Assembly: GCA_963764165.1 (NCBI GenBank)
Contig: CAVXRD010000002.1
Coordinates: forward strand, 2,688,001 to 2,752,000
Direction: 5' to 3'
Source of the DNA: an uncultured Verrucomicrobiae bacterium
GTDB taxonomy: Bacteria; Verrucomicrobiota; Verrucomicrobiia; Limisphaerales; Palsa-1400
DNA length: 64,000 bases
Position 1 is the first letter of the stretch, and each line of letters opens with the position of its first letter. Made by a program: the position numbers and the translations under genes. Below, piece after piece: positions 49,112 to 58,695 of this stretch. A model generated the notes under the pieces. That model made no database searches and was not told where the DNA came from. It saw nothing but the letters and a program-made list of their open reading frames with translations.

Positions 49112-49894
49112 ATGAAATTTCAATTTAAACAGAGCGTTTCGGTGGCAGGCGCGGCCTTGGCTGCGATGGGCGCGACTGCCGGTCCCACCCGAGTAGCCGC
49201 AGCCCCGGCCGCCAACTCCGGCGCTTCCACCACGGTGACAACTCCGGCGGTCGCAACAGCCGCGGCGAGTGCGGCGACCCAGACTCAAACTCCAGCGGCA
49301 ACGGTCGTTCCCACCACGGTTGTGGCGGGGCAGCCCGTGGCTTCCACAGCTGGTTCCGGGATAGCGGTCGTGACGGGCACCACAGGCACATCTTATAATT
49401 ACATTCCACCGGCAGGCGGAACGCTTACGCCTGGCACGGTGCCGGGCGGACAACTTTCGCCAGCGACCGCCACGGGCGCAAACCAGTTGAACACCGGAAC
49501 GATCGGGGGCGCAATGCTGCCGGGTGTGTCGCCGGCGGGCGGAATTCCGATGCTGCCTGCCATAGGAACCGCAGGCAGCGGCACGGCCACTGCGAGGACG
49601 GCCAATGGCACCTATGCTAACGGGGTGGCCACGGCCTATGCGCCGGGATCAAGCGTCATCATCACAGGCGGAACCCCCGCGACGACAGCCCCCGGCGGCA
49701 CCTTGACAACGGCGGGCACCGGCGGAAGCCGTGTGATCGTCGCAGGGGGACATGCTGCCCCGGCGGCCACTTCCAGCTCGGTTATTGTGGCTGGAGGGAC
49801 GCCCTCGACGGCGACTGTTTCCGGCGGCACGGCCACGACGGCCACAATCCCCGGCGGGTTCCTCTATAGCTCGCCCGTGATCATCAGCCAATAA
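49112..49894 (+). CDS. Secreted low-complexity Ala/Thr/Gly/Pro-rich protein
   Basis: Signal-peptide-like N-terminus, GAGG before the ATG, 260-aa open frame. Confidence 0.7.
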   Translation: MKFQFKQSVSVAGAALAAMGATAGPTRVAAAPAANSGASTTVTTPAVATAAASAATQTQTPAATVVPTTVVAGQPVASTAGSGIAVVTGTTGTSYNYIPPAGGTLTPGTVPGGQLSPATATGANQLNTGTIGGAMLPGVSPAGGIPMLPAIGTAGSGTATARTANGTYANGVATAYAPGSSVIITGGTPATTAPGGTLTTAGTGGSRVIVAGGHAAPAATSSSVIVAGGTPSTATVSGGTATTATIPGGFLYSSPVIISQ

Positions 49895-49972
49895 CTGGCG
49901 GACACTGGCGGGTCTTATCCCCATTGAGATTCATTCATCGTGACCGAAGTTTACACCGAAAAGGAGAAATCA

Positions 49973-50626
49973 ATGAAAACATGCAAATTACAGTTAGCGC
50001 GCCTTTCGCGCGCCGCAAAAATCGGAGCTCTTCTGGGCGCCATCATCTGCGCCGTTCCTGCCGTTCAAGCTCAAAACATGAACGGAAATGACAATCCTTC
50101 GGCGGCCAAGGCCAACGCCTCCATTTCCCGTCGTGGAAAGGAATTCCTGAAAGATGCGGCTCTCGCCAACCAGACCGAAATCGCCATGGGCGACGTGGCG
50201 GAAAATCGATCCCAGAACACGAAGGTGAAGGACTTTGCGCAAATGATGCGCACCGACCATCAAAAGAACTTCGAGCTGGTGCAAGGCCTGGCCCAGGCTC
50301 ATAACGTGGCCGTTGACGCTTCCCCTGACTGGATGGCTCGCCGCGAAATCGACCGGTTGAAAAAAGTCGACGCCGCGGAATTCGATAAGGATTACACAAA
50401 GCTGATGCTTAAGGACCACGTCAAAGTGATCAAACGCTTTGACAAGGCCGCCGGCGACATCGAAGAGCAGGACATCCGGACTTATGCCCAGAATACCCTG
50501 CCGACGCTGCGCGAACATCTGGCTCATTCCGAGGAAGCAGCCCGTGCGGCTGGCGTGGATGAATCCACCATCTCTTCCATTGTGAAGGATCTTCCGAGTG
50601 AAAATCGCTCTGTGACCACCAGATAG
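49973..50626 (+). CDS. DUF4142 ferritin-like secreted protein
   Basis: AAGGAG RBS; EIAMG, VKDFAQMMRTDH, FDKDY...MLKDH, TLPTLREHL. Confidence 0.88.
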   Translation: MKTCKLQLARLSRAAKIGALLGAIICAVPAVQAQNMNGNDNPSAAKANASISRRGKEFLKDAALANQTEIAMGDVAENRSQNTKVKDFAQMMRTDHQKNFELVQGLAQAHNVAVDASPDWMARREIDRLKKVDAAEFDKDYTKLMLKDHVKVIKRFDKAAGDIEEQDIRTYAQNTLPTLREHLAHSEEAARAAGVDESTISSIVKDLPSENRSVTTR

Positions 50627-50644
50627 TACCTGGCTTGTCACTCC

Positions 50645-50676
50645 GGCAGGACAGTTGACACTGTCCTGCCTTTTTT
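50645..50676 (+). terminator. Rho-independent terminator
   Basis: GGCAGGACAG-ttgaca-CTGTCCTGCC-TTTTTT. Confidence 0.8.
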
Positions 50677-51372
50677 ATGCCTATAGAGATACATTGGAGC
50701 GAGATTGCTCTCCGTCTTTGCTTAACCCTCTTGGCGGGCGGAATTATCGGACTCAATCGCGGGGAGCACGGCCACCCCGCTGGCTTGCGGACGACGCTGC
50801 TGGTGGCCCTCGCGGCGTGCGTCAGCATGATCGAGGTGAATCTTCTGCTTTCCATGCGCGGCAAAACTCCGGACTCATTCGCCGTGATGGATCTCATGCG
50901 CTTGCCGCTGGGAATTCTATCGGGCATGGGCTTCATCGGCGCGGGAGCGATCCTTCGCAAGGATTCGGCGATTCGGGGTGTGACGACGGCGGCGACGCTT
51001 TGGTTCGTAACCGTCATGGGATTGTGCTTTGGAGGCGGGCAGTTAGCGCTGGGATGCATCACGGGCGGTTTGGGTTGGCTGGTTTTGTATGCGTTCAAGC
51101 CGGTGGAACATTTGTGGAACATTGATCGGCAAGCCACGCTTGTCCTTGTCAGCGGCGTCGGCGGGCCAGACGAAAAGGAAACGGCAAGCATTGTGGCCGC
51201 AGGAGGCTACCGCGTTTCAAAACTTGCGGTGAAGCACGAGAACGGACTCAACTTGAAAGAAATCCGCTGCGATGTTAAGTGGGAGAGCCGAGAGAAAGAA
51301 GTTCTCCCTCCTGAATTCGTCAACCGCCTGGCGAACCGGCCCGGCGTTCTTAAGGTCGAATGGAATCCGTGA
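50677..51372 (+). CDS. mgtC: MgtC/SapB family membrane protein
   Basis: IGLNR...AGLRT, SGMGFIGAGAI, GVTTAATLW. Confidence 0.9.
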   Translation: MPIEIHWSEIALRLCLTLLAGGIIGLNRGEHGHPAGLRTTLLVALAACVSMIEVNLLLSMRGKTPDSFAVMDLMRLPLGILSGMGFIGAGAILRKDSAIRGVTTAATLWFVTVMGLCFGGGQLALGCITGGLGWLVLYAFKPVEHLWNIDRQATLVLVSGVGGPDEKETASIVAAGGYRVSKLAVKHENGLNLKEIRCDVKWESREKEVLPPEFVNRLANRPGVLKVEWNP

Positions 51373-51385
51373 CGACACTTTGAAG

Positions 51386-51464
51386 GCAGGGACGCCTTGG
51401 CGCGGCGTCCGGGTCGCGGCGTTTTTCACGCGTAAGTCTGGACGCCTCGGCGCGGTGTCCCTAC
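51386..51464. repeat. Family A REP doublet, degenerate
   Basis: GCAGGGACGCCTTGGCGCGGCGTCC ... GGACGCCTCGGCGCGGTGTCCCTAC. Confidence 0.75.
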
Positions 51465-51562
51465 CTTTTGACCAGCGGCAAATTGCAACAGCCGACACCC
51501 CTCCCTTTGCAACTTGCGGGAAATCCCAAGCGGTGCCTAATCCGCGCCCCGTAGCGCGGGCG

Positions 51563-51578
51563 CGGTATGTGAATTGCT
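51563..51578 (+). promoter_or_regulatory. Putative sigma54 promoter (yciF)
   Basis: CGGTATGTGAATTGCT. Confidence 0.65.
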
Positions 51579-51638
51579 TTGCATTCTCTTCTGCCGGGGA
51601 ACACCCGGCGCTTAACGCATCAACGAGCAAGGATATTT

Positions 51639-52148
51639 ATGAATGATACACTTAAAGCCCTTTTCATCGAGGAATTGGAAGACATGTACGACGCCGAGCA
51701 ACGCATCACCAAGGCGCTTCCAAAACTTATCGAAGCCGCCACCTGCAAGGACTTGAAGGCGGGGCTGGAAAAACACCTCAAGGAAACAGAGGGCCAGATT
51801 GAAAAACTGAAGCAGGTCTTCAAAGCGTTCAATGCGGAACCGAACGCGGCAAAGTGCGAAGCCATCACCGGCATCCTGGCCGAAGGGGACACGATCGTGA
51901 AAAAGAACAAGAAAAATGCCGCGATCAACGCCGCCATCATTTCCGCCGCGCAAAAAGTGGAGCATTACGAAATCGCTTCCTACGGCACATTGAAATCCTG
52001 GGCCACCATCCTCGGCAACACCGAGGCTGCGAACATTATCGACCAGATTCTCGCGGAAGAGAAAAACGCGGACAAGAGCCTGAACGAATTGTCCGAAGAA
52101 AAGAACGAAGAGGCGCTGGAAGAAGCCGCGCCGGGCGCGCTGCGCTAA
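51639..52148 (+). CDS. yciF: YciE/YciF ferritin-like protein (DUF892)
   Basis: ELEDMYDAEQ..KALPK, HLKET, AQKVEHYEIASYGTL. Confidence 0.92.
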   Translation: MNDTLKALFIEELEDMYDAEQRITKALPKLIEAATCKDLKAGLEKHLKETEGQIEKLKQVFKAFNAEPNAAKCEAITGILAEGDTIVKKNKKNAAINAAIISAAQKVEHYEIASYGTLKSWATILGNTEAANIIDQILAEEKNADKSLNELSEEKNEEALEEAAPGALR

Positions 52149-52183
52149 GCCGGCGAACAAATTCCGGGCGCGCTCCGCGCATG

Positions 52184-52199
52184 GGGCACGGCGCGCGCC
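52184..52199 (+). promoter_or_regulatory. Possible sigma54 promoter (aldo/keto reductase)
   Basis: GGGCACGGCGCGCGCC, GG-N10-GC but lacking TT. Confidence 0.45.
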
Positions 52200-52220
52200 C
52201 GGTGGCGAAACGGAGGCAAT

Positions 52221-53222
52221 ATGAGTTTCATTACGAGGCGCGAATTCGTAAGACTGGCGGCGGCAGGCGCAGTCGCGGGGGCTGTGGCGCCTCACGCGCT
52301 GGGGATCGAACGCGGCAGCAGCGGCATGATTTATCGCGCGCTCGGCAGCACGGGCGAAAAAGTTTCAGCCATCGGCCTTGGTGGTTTTCACATTGGAAAT
52401 CCGCTGCTGGACAGCGAGGGCATTAAGATTATTCGCAGCGCCATTGATCGCGGCATCACTTTCATGGACAACTCATGGGATTATCACGAAGGCAAGAGCG
52501 AAATCCGCATGGGAAAAGCCCTGCGCGACGGTTATCGCGAAAAGGTTTTTCTGATGACCAAAATCGATGGCCGCAGCCACGAGGGCGCGGCCCGGCAGAT
52601 CGACGAAAGCCTGCGGCGCTTGCAGACGGACCATCTCGATTTGCTCCAATTTCACGAGATCATTCGCATGAATGATCCGGACAGAATATTTGCCAAAGGC
52701 GGCGCGCTGGAGGCGGCACAGGCAGCGAAAGCGGCGGGAAAAATTCGATATATCGGCTTTACGGGGCACAAGGATCCATCCATCCATCTGCATATGCTTG
52801 AGGTTGCGCGCGAGCACGGCTTCAAATTCGACACCGTGCAGATGCCGCTCAACGTGATGGATGCCCACTATCGCAGCTTCGAGCATCAAGTCCTGCCGGT
52901 GCTCGTGAAGGAGAATATTGGAGTCCTCGGGATGAAGTCGATGGGATCCGGAGATATTTTAAAGAGCAAGGTCGTCAAACCCATCGAATGCCTGCATTAC
53001 GCGCTGAACCTGCCGACCTCCGTTGTCATCAATGGTATTGACAGCATGAAGCTGCTGGATCAGGCGTTCGAAGCCGCGAGAACTTTCGAGCCGCTCAGCC
53101 CGGATGCCGTCGCCGCCTTGCTGGCCAGAACCAGCGATGCCGCCTCGGCGGGAAAATTCGAGCGTTTCAAAACAACGGAACATTATGATACGACAGCCCA
53201 GAATCCGAAGTATCTTAGCTAG
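52221..53222 (+). CDS. Tat-exported aldo/keto reductase
   Basis: ITRREFV, RALGSTGEKVSAIGLG, DNSWDY, TK, SLRRLQTDHLDL. Confidence 0.9.
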   Translation: MSFITRREFVRLAAAGAVAGAVAPHALGIERGSSGMIYRALGSTGEKVSAIGLGGFHIGNPLLDSEGIKIIRSAIDRGITFMDNSWDYHEGKSEIRMGKALRDGYREKVFLMTKIDGRSHEGAARQIDESLRRLQTDHLDLLQFHEIIRMNDPDRIFAKGGALEAAQAAKAAGKIRYIGFTGHKDPSIHLHMLEVAREHGFKFDTVQMPLNVMDAHYRSFEHQVLPVLVKENIGVLGMKSMGSGDILKSKVVKPIECLHYALNLPTSVVINGIDSMKLLDQAFEAARTFEPLSPDAVAALLARTSDAASAGKFERFKTTEHYDTTAQNPKYLS

Positions 53223-54360
53223 AAACACCAGCCCGCTCGGAAAAAACGGCGGGCGCCACGCGTCCGGCAAAATTCGCTACGCCGTCGTGGGCCTCGGGCA
53301 CATCGCCCAGAACGCCATCCTGCCAGCGTTCGAACATGCCGGCAAAAACTCCGAACTCACCACGCTTTTTTCCGATGATCCAGTGAAGCTGCGCGCCATG
53401 GCCCGCCAGTACGGGGCGCAAAACACATTTGATTACCAGGATTACGACGCGGCCTTGCGCTCGGGGGAGTTTGATGCGGTTTATGTCGCAGTGCCGAATA
53501 ATCTGCACGCCGATTATTGCAGGCGCGCGGCTGAGGCTGGCATTCACGTGCTTTGCGAAAAGCCGCTGGCGGCGGATGAGGACGAGTGCCAGGAAATCAT
53601 TGAAGCCTGCGCCGAAAATCGCGTGGAACTCATGACCGCCTACCGTCTGCATTTTGAGCGCGGAAACTTGGAAGCGGTTGAATTGGTGCGCTCCGGCAAG
53701 ATCGGTGAGCCGAGGATTTTCAATTCCGTTTTCTCGCAGCAGGTGACGCCGGACAATATCCGCACGCGAGGCAAGACAGCCTCCGGCACCCTTTATGATA
53801 TTGGCGTCTATTGCATCAATGCGGCGCGATATATCTTTCAATCCGAACCGACGGAAGGCTTCTGCTTCTCCGCCACGGGCGACGATCCGCGCTTCAAGGA
53901 TGTCGAGGAAATGACCTCGGCCGTTCTTCGTTTTCCCGGCGAGCGGCTGGCCAATTTCACCGCCAGCTTCGGCGCGGCCGAGACCGCGAGCTTCGAAGTG
54001 ATCGGAACGAAGGGAAAGCTCCGCGTGAGCCAGGCTTACGATTATTCCATGCCCGTGATCCTCGAATTGACCGTGGGAGGAAGGACGAGGAAAAGATTTT
54101 TCAATTTGCGAGATCAATTTGCCCCGGAGCTTGTTTACTTTTCCGATTGCATTCTCAACCACAAGACGCCGGAACCCTCTGGAATTGAAGGCTTGGTGGA
54201 CGTTCACATTATCCGCTCTCTGTATGAATCAGCGCGAAAAGGCAGGCCAGTGAAATTGAAATCGCTCACAAGGCGCGTCCGTCCCACCATGCGCCAGGAA
54301 ATTTACCGCCGGCCTGTGGCGAAGCCTCGTTTAGTTCACGTCGAGGCTCCTTCCAAATAA
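53185..54360 (+). CDS. Gfo/Idh/MocA oxidoreductase
   Basis: IRYAVVGLGHIA, HVLCEKP, LYDIGVYC; start codon uncertain. Confidence 0.88.
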   Translation: MIRQPRIRSILARNTSPLGKNGGRHASGKIRYAVVGLGHIAQNAILPAFEHAGKNSELTTLFSDDPVKLRAMARQYGAQNTFDYQDYDAALRSGEFDAVYVAVPNNLHADYCRRAAEAGIHVLCEKPLAADEDECQEIIEACAENRVELMTAYRLHFERGNLEAVELVRSGKIGEPRIFNSVFSQQVTPDNIRTRGKTASGTLYDIGVYCINAARYIFQSEPTEGFCFSATGDDPRFKDVEEMTSAVLRFPGERLANFTASFGAAETASFEVIGTKGKLRVSQAYDYSMPVILELTVGGRTRKRFFNLRDQFAPELVYFSDCILNHKTPEPSGIEGLVDVHIIRSLYESARKGRPVKLKSLTRRVRPTMRQEIYRRPVAKPRLVHVEAPSK

Positions 54361-54362
54361 AG

Positions 54363-54527
54363 GTAGGGACGCCTCGCCGAGGCGTCCGGGGACGTGGAGG
54401 TTTGTGGGCGTGTTAATTCGTCCAGAGATCTGGCGGGACGAAAGCCTCCTCGCGAAAGTCCGGATTAAGAAGAGAAGCGCGTGCGAAATGTGCCACGGCC
54501 TCGGACGCCTCGGCGAGGCGTCCCTAC
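54363..54527. repeat. Family A GTAG-REP doublet (REPIN)
   Basis: Perfect 25-bp arms GTAGGGACGCCTCGCCGAGGCGTCC / GGACGCCTCGGCGAGGCGTCCCTAC. Confidence 0.9.
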
Positions 54528-54538
54528 CTCGCTTCGCG

Positions 54539-54572
54539 AAAAAAAGCGGGCATTCCGCTCTCGCGGAATGCC
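54539..54572 (-). terminator. Rho-independent terminator for the - strand lipoprotein gene
   Basis: GGCATTCCGC-N4-GCGGAATGCC stem with an adjacent A-run (T-run on the - strand). Confidence 0.65.
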
Positions 54573-54616
54573 GTAATTTCAGACAGGGTTCGGGCCCCCT
54601 GACGCCATAATTCGGC

Positions 54617-55054
54617 TTAATTCGACATCTTCGAAACAGCCTTGTCATACGAATTCTGCAAGCTGTCCCAAGCGGACTGGAAGGCGGCCTTTGTCTTGTC
54701 CCACGAGTCGTGGGGAGATGCCTTCAGTTCGTCATACTGCTTGCGCACGGCTTCGCGCTGCGAGCGCAAGTCGGCAATCGCCTCGTCCTCCCGAACCTTC
54801 TTGTCGCCGGTGGCGGTGGCGGATTTGGCGTTAAGTTTGTCAATTTTCACGTCCAGCTCCGCGATGCGCTTGTCCATCTGGGCAAGATATTGGTCGCGCG
54901 TTTCCGCGGCGGCTTCATGAGCGGCCTCATGGGCGGCGACCGCTGTATCCTGAGGAGGAGGCGGTGGCGGCGGTGGCGGAACTTCGGAGCGATTGCAGGC
55001 CGTCAAAATCCCGGAGGATAATGCGACAATCAGAATGTAAGGTTTTGTATTCAT
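54617..55054 (-). CDS. Coiled-coil lipoprotein, stress-associated type
   Basis: Lipobox LTAC, poly-Pro linker, helical body with SWDKTKAAFQSAW. Confidence 0.8.
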   Translation of the reverse strand: MNTKPYILIVALSSGILTACNRSEVPPPPPPPPPQDTAVAAHEAAHEAAAETRDQYLAQMDKRIAELDVKIDKLNAKSATATGDKKVREDEAIADLRSQREAVRKQYDELKASPHDSWDKTKAAFQSAWDSLQNSYDKAVSKMSN

Positions 55055-55068
55055 TTTTCCTTTCTATG

Positions 55069-55084
55069 CGCAAAGTCCATGCCC
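55069..55084 (-). promoter_or_regulatory. Putative sigma54 promoter (lipoprotein)
   Basis: GGGCATGGACTTTGCG on the - strand. Confidence 0.65.
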
Positions 55085-55136
55085 CCGGCCAGAGCCTCAA
55101 GGCCCTCGTCGGGCGGCGAAATTCGACGCAAATCGT

Positions 55137-55331
55137 TCATTGTTCGAAACAGTCGTCGATAAATTTCTGCACCGCTTCCTTTGTGTCGCCGGTGCGCTTT
55201 TGGATGCGGCCGATCAATTCATCGTCTTTGCCTTCCTCGTAGCGAAGGTCATTGTCAGTGAGTTGGGCGTATTTCTGTTTGAGCTTGCCCTTGGCGATAT
55301 TCCAGTCGCCCTTGATATGAAGTGTGTTCAT
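55137..55331 (-). CDS. csbD: CsbD/YjbJ family stress protein
   Basis: IKGDWNIAKGKLKQKYAQLTDNDL...GRIQKRTG. Confidence 0.93.
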   Translation of the reverse strand: MNTLHIKGDWNIAKGKLKQKYAQLTDNDLRYEEGKDDELIGRIQKRTGDTKEAVQKFIDDCFEQ

Positions 55332-55400
55332 TTATACCTCTCTTGTTTGATGATATTTCGAGAGCACTCGACAGGCTCCCTTATGTTCCATACTTGACAT

Positions 55401-55416
55401 AGCATGGGAAGGGCCA
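55401..55416 (-). promoter_or_regulatory. Putative sigma54 promoter (csbD)
   Basis: TGGCCCTTCCCATGCT on the - strand. Confidence 0.6.
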
Positions 55417-55527
55417 AGCCTCGGGTGCGGCAATGCAAAGCTGAATTATCAGGGAAAACGCCGGAAAACCGTTCGGGGGCGTGTGCTTTTTGCGAAAATC
55501 TGTGCTAAATGCAACGCTTCATCCCCC

Positions 55528-57099
55528 TTAGTTTTTCGCTTGGCCCGCTCCGTCCCATCCACCGCCTAGAGCTTTGTATAATGCGACAATGTCGGTGCAG
55601 ATGGACTGGCTCGATTGCGCAAGGGCGTCCTCGGCGGTGAGCGCATTTTGCTGGGCTTGGAGGACGTTCAGAAAATCAATCAACCCCTGATCAAAATCCT
55701 TCTGCGCAAGATCAACCGCCAGGCGGGCATTGCCGGCGGCATCGACCAAACTTCGACGGCGGTTCAGATCTGACGTGTAGACAGCCAGCGCGTCCTCCAC
55801 TTCCTGCAACGCTTTCAAGATAGTTTCGCGATAACGCAAGGCGGATTCGTCCTTCATCGCCTTCTGCAGTTTCACGTTCGACGCTATTCGGCCCGCATCA
55901 AAAATCCGCCAGCTCACGGTCGGGCTGATCAGAAAATAGCGGCTCTCCCAATTGAATAAGGTGCTGGGCGAAGTGGAATCCAGACCCGCCTGTCCGGTAA
56001 CGGCAAATTTCGGATACAAATCCGCCACCGCCACGCCGATGCGCGCGCTGGCCGCCGCCAGTTGGCGCTCGCTGGCGCGAATGTCAGGCCGCCTGTCAAG
56101 CAATTGGGATGGGATTCCCACCGGCACTTCCGGCGGCGTGACGGGCAGCGGCGCAACGGGAGCCAGTTCCGCGCTGAGTTCATTGGGCTCCTTGCCGACG
56201 AGAATGGACAGGGCGTGGATCATGCGGCGAACTCCGGATTCGAGCGGCGGAATGGCGGCAGCCGTCGTGTCTCTTTGGGCAGCCGCGCGCGCCACATCCA
56301 ACTCCGTGGCCAGGCCGAATTTTTGTTTTGACCTGATGACATCCACCGTCGCGGTTTGCGTTTCGAGATTCGTTCGCGCGATGCCGAGGCGCAATTGTCC
56401 GCCGCGAAGTTCCAGATAACTTCGAGCCACTTCCGCCATCATGCTCACCAGCACGTCCCTCTTGTTTTCGACGGCGCCTGTCATGGTGGCGGCGGCCGCT
56501 TCGACGCTTCGGCGTTTGCCGCCGAATACATCAATCTCCCAGCTCGCATCAAATCCAGCCTGATAAATGTCCGTCGTGGCGCCGGGCAATCCGCCTTGGC
56601 CGAAGGCGGTCAGCGGCGGCGAACTCGCCCCCTGGCTGGCGATTTCCGTGGCCTGGCTTTTTGAACGCGCGGAAGTTCGATCCGCCGATCCGCTGTTGCC
56701 GGATCCGCCACTCGCACTGCCGCCGCTGCTCGCGCCGCCTCCCAACGGCAGGACAACATTCTTGCTCCCGCGGGCTTTTAAATATCCGCCGTCAGTATTG
56801 ACTTGCGGAAACAAATCCGCGACCGCCATGTTTCTTTGATAGCGTGATTGCGAAATTCTTAACGACGCCATTTGCAAATCATAATTTCCCGCCAGTGCCA
56901 GCGCGACGAGGTGGTTCAACTCGGGATCGTTGAAGGTCTGCCACCATGCAGCGGACGCTGAGTTCGTTGTCACAGCAGAGGCAGGCTCGCTGAATTTGGC
57001 CTCAACCTTCTCCGCGGGGCGGTGATAGTTTGGCCCAACTTCGCATCCCGCAAACAGGAGCGAGGCGGCAAGGCATGGAATAATCGAAGCGAAGCGCAT
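55528..57099 (-). CDS. Outer-membrane efflux lipoprotein (NodT/OprM family)
   Basis: Lipobox FAGC-EVGPNY, WWQTFNDPEL, SWEIDVFG, RRPDIR..E, LYKALGGGW. Confidence 0.93.
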   Translation of the reverse strand: MRFASIIPCLAASLLFAGCEVGPNYHRPAEKVEAKFSEPASAVTTNSASAAWWQTFNDPELNHLVALALAGNYDLQMASLRISQSRYQRNMAVADLFPQVNTDGGYLKARGSKNVVLPLGGGASSGGSASGGSGNSGSADRTSARSKSQATEIASQGASSPPLTAFGQGGLPGATTDIYQAGFDASWEIDVFGGKRRSVEAAAATMTGAVENKRDVLVSMMAEVARSYLELRGGQLRLGIARTNLETQTATVDVIRSKQKFGLATELDVARAAAQRDTTAAAIPPLESGVRRMIHALSILVGKEPNELSAELAPVAPLPVTPPEVPVGIPSQLLDRRPDIRASERQLAAASARIGVAVADLYPKFAVTGQAGLDSTSPSTLFNWESRYFLISPTVSWRIFDAGRIASNVKLQKAMKDESALRYRETILKALQEVEDALAVYTSDLNRRRSLVDAAGNARLAVDLAQKDFDQGLIDFLNVLQAQQNALTAEDALAQSSQSICTDIVALYKALGGGWDGAGQAKN

Positions 57100-57102
57100 G
57101 AG

Positions 57103-58689
57103 CTAATGGCCTTGCGGCGCCTTTCCGAGTTCAACTTTCTTGAGAAAAAACGTGAGCGCAGCCGCCGCAAAGCAGAAATAGACCATGAACATGAAAACGT
57201 CCAAATAAGAGAGCATCGCCGCCTGGGTTTGCATCGCGTGGGAAACCATCGCCAGCGCCCGCTTGCCCGCTGTCACTTGATCGGCCCCAAAAGAAACCAG
57301 CCGGCCGCTGATGGCGCCCAGCCTGGCGTGAAGCGCGAGGGAGGTGGGGGTCAGCGATGAAACCAGACGATCCTGATGTGTTTGACTGCGGCGCGCCAGC
57401 ATGGTTGCCCCGACGGAGATTCCGACGCTGCCGCCCAGGTTGCGCATGAGATTAATCAGGGCGGAGGCATTGTTTGATTTTCCCGGCGGCAGATTCGAGT
57501 AGGCCAGCGTATTGATGGGGACGAACAGAAAGCCAAGCCCCGCCGCCTGAAACATGCGCGAGATCGCCGCCGCCTTGAACGAAATTTCCGTGTCGAAACG
57601 GGCCAGATGATCCATTGCAAAACCGACCACAATAAATCCGAAGGCAATCAAGTATCTGGGCTGCACCTTCTTCAAGAGGAGGCCGACAATCGGCATGCAA
57701 CACATGATGACAAGCCCTCCCGGCATCAAAAGAAGCCCCGCCTTCGTGGCATCGTAAGGAAGGAGTTCCTGCACAAATTGCGGAAGCAATTGCGTGGTGG
57801 ATTGCAGAACGAAAAGTGTGGCGAACATCATCACGTTCGTGAAGAGGAAGCTGCGATTGCGGAACATGGGGATGTCAACAATCGGTTCTTGGGTGAAAAA
57901 AAGCTCCCAAATGGTCCCTCCAATCAGCCCGATCGCGCTGAGAATCACCAGCGTGGTGATGAAGCTGCTGCCGAACCAATCGTCTTCCTGCCCCTTGTCC
58001 AGCACCACTTGCAGCGCGCCCAGGCCAACCGCGATGAGCGCAAAGCCGATGTAATCCACCTTGATGCCGCCGCGCGTCGCCTTTTCGTGCTCCTCCTTTG
58101 CGGACTCGGAATCCTCCACGAGGATGGACGTCATGATCAGCGACAAAATGCCGACCGGAATGTTGATGAAAAAAATCCAGCGCCAGGAAAAGCTGTCTGT
58201 AATCCATCCACCCAGCGCGGGGCCAAGGGCCGGCGCCACCACCACCGCCACTCCGTAGACCGCGAACGCCATTCCACGCTGCTCGGCGGAAAATGTATCG
58301 GTCAAAATCGCCTGTTCCGAAGGCGCCAATCCTCCTCCGCCAATGCCTTGAAAAATCCGGCACAAGAGCAGGATGCCCAGCGTTGGCGCGAGCCCGCACG
58401 CAAGCGAACTCACCGTGAACAACGCCACGCAGCCCATGTAAAATCTCTTCCGTCCGAAGATGGAAGCCAGCCATCCGCTGATGGGCACCACGATGGCGTT
58501 GCTCACCAGGTAACTCGTCAGCACCCAAGTCGATTCGCTTTGATCGGCTCCGACGCTGCCCGCGATGTGACGAAGCGCAACATTCGCGATGGACGTATCC
58601 ATCACCTCCATGAACGTCGCCATGGAAACCGTCACGGCGATCAGCCATGGGTTTGTCGCACGCTTGCCGCCTTTCTTTTCTTCCGCCAT
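57103..58689 (-). CDS. emrB: DHA2 family MFS efflux permease
   Basis: MEVMDTSIANVAL, WVLTSYL, WRWIFFINIP, LDKGQEDDWF, RNLGGSVG. Confidence 0.92.
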   Translation of the reverse strand: MAEEKKGGKRATNPWLIAVTVSMATFMEVMDTSIANVALRHIAGSVGADQSESTWVLTSYLVSNAIVVPISGWLASIFGRKRFYMGCVALFTVSSLACGLAPTLGILLLCRIFQGIGGGGLAPSEQAILTDTFSAEQRGMAFAVYGVAVVVAPALGPALGGWITDSFSWRWIFFINIPVGILSLIMTSILVEDSESAKEEHEKATRGGIKVDYIGFALIAVGLGALQVVLDKGQEDDWFGSSFITTLVILSAIGLIGGTIWELFFTQEPIVDIPMFRNRSFLFTNVMMFATLFVLQSTTQLLPQFVQELLPYDATKAGLLLMPGGLVIMCCMPIVGLLLKKVQPRYLIAFGFIVVGFAMDHLARFDTEISFKAAAISRMFQAAGLGFLFVPINTLAYSNLPPGKSNNASALINLMRNLGGSVGISVGATMLARRSQTHQDRLVSSLTPTSLALHARLGAISGRLVSFGADQVTAGKRALAMVSHAMQTQAAMLSYLDVFMFMVYFCFAAAALTFFLKKVELGKAPQGH

Positions 58690-58695
58690 AAAGCC

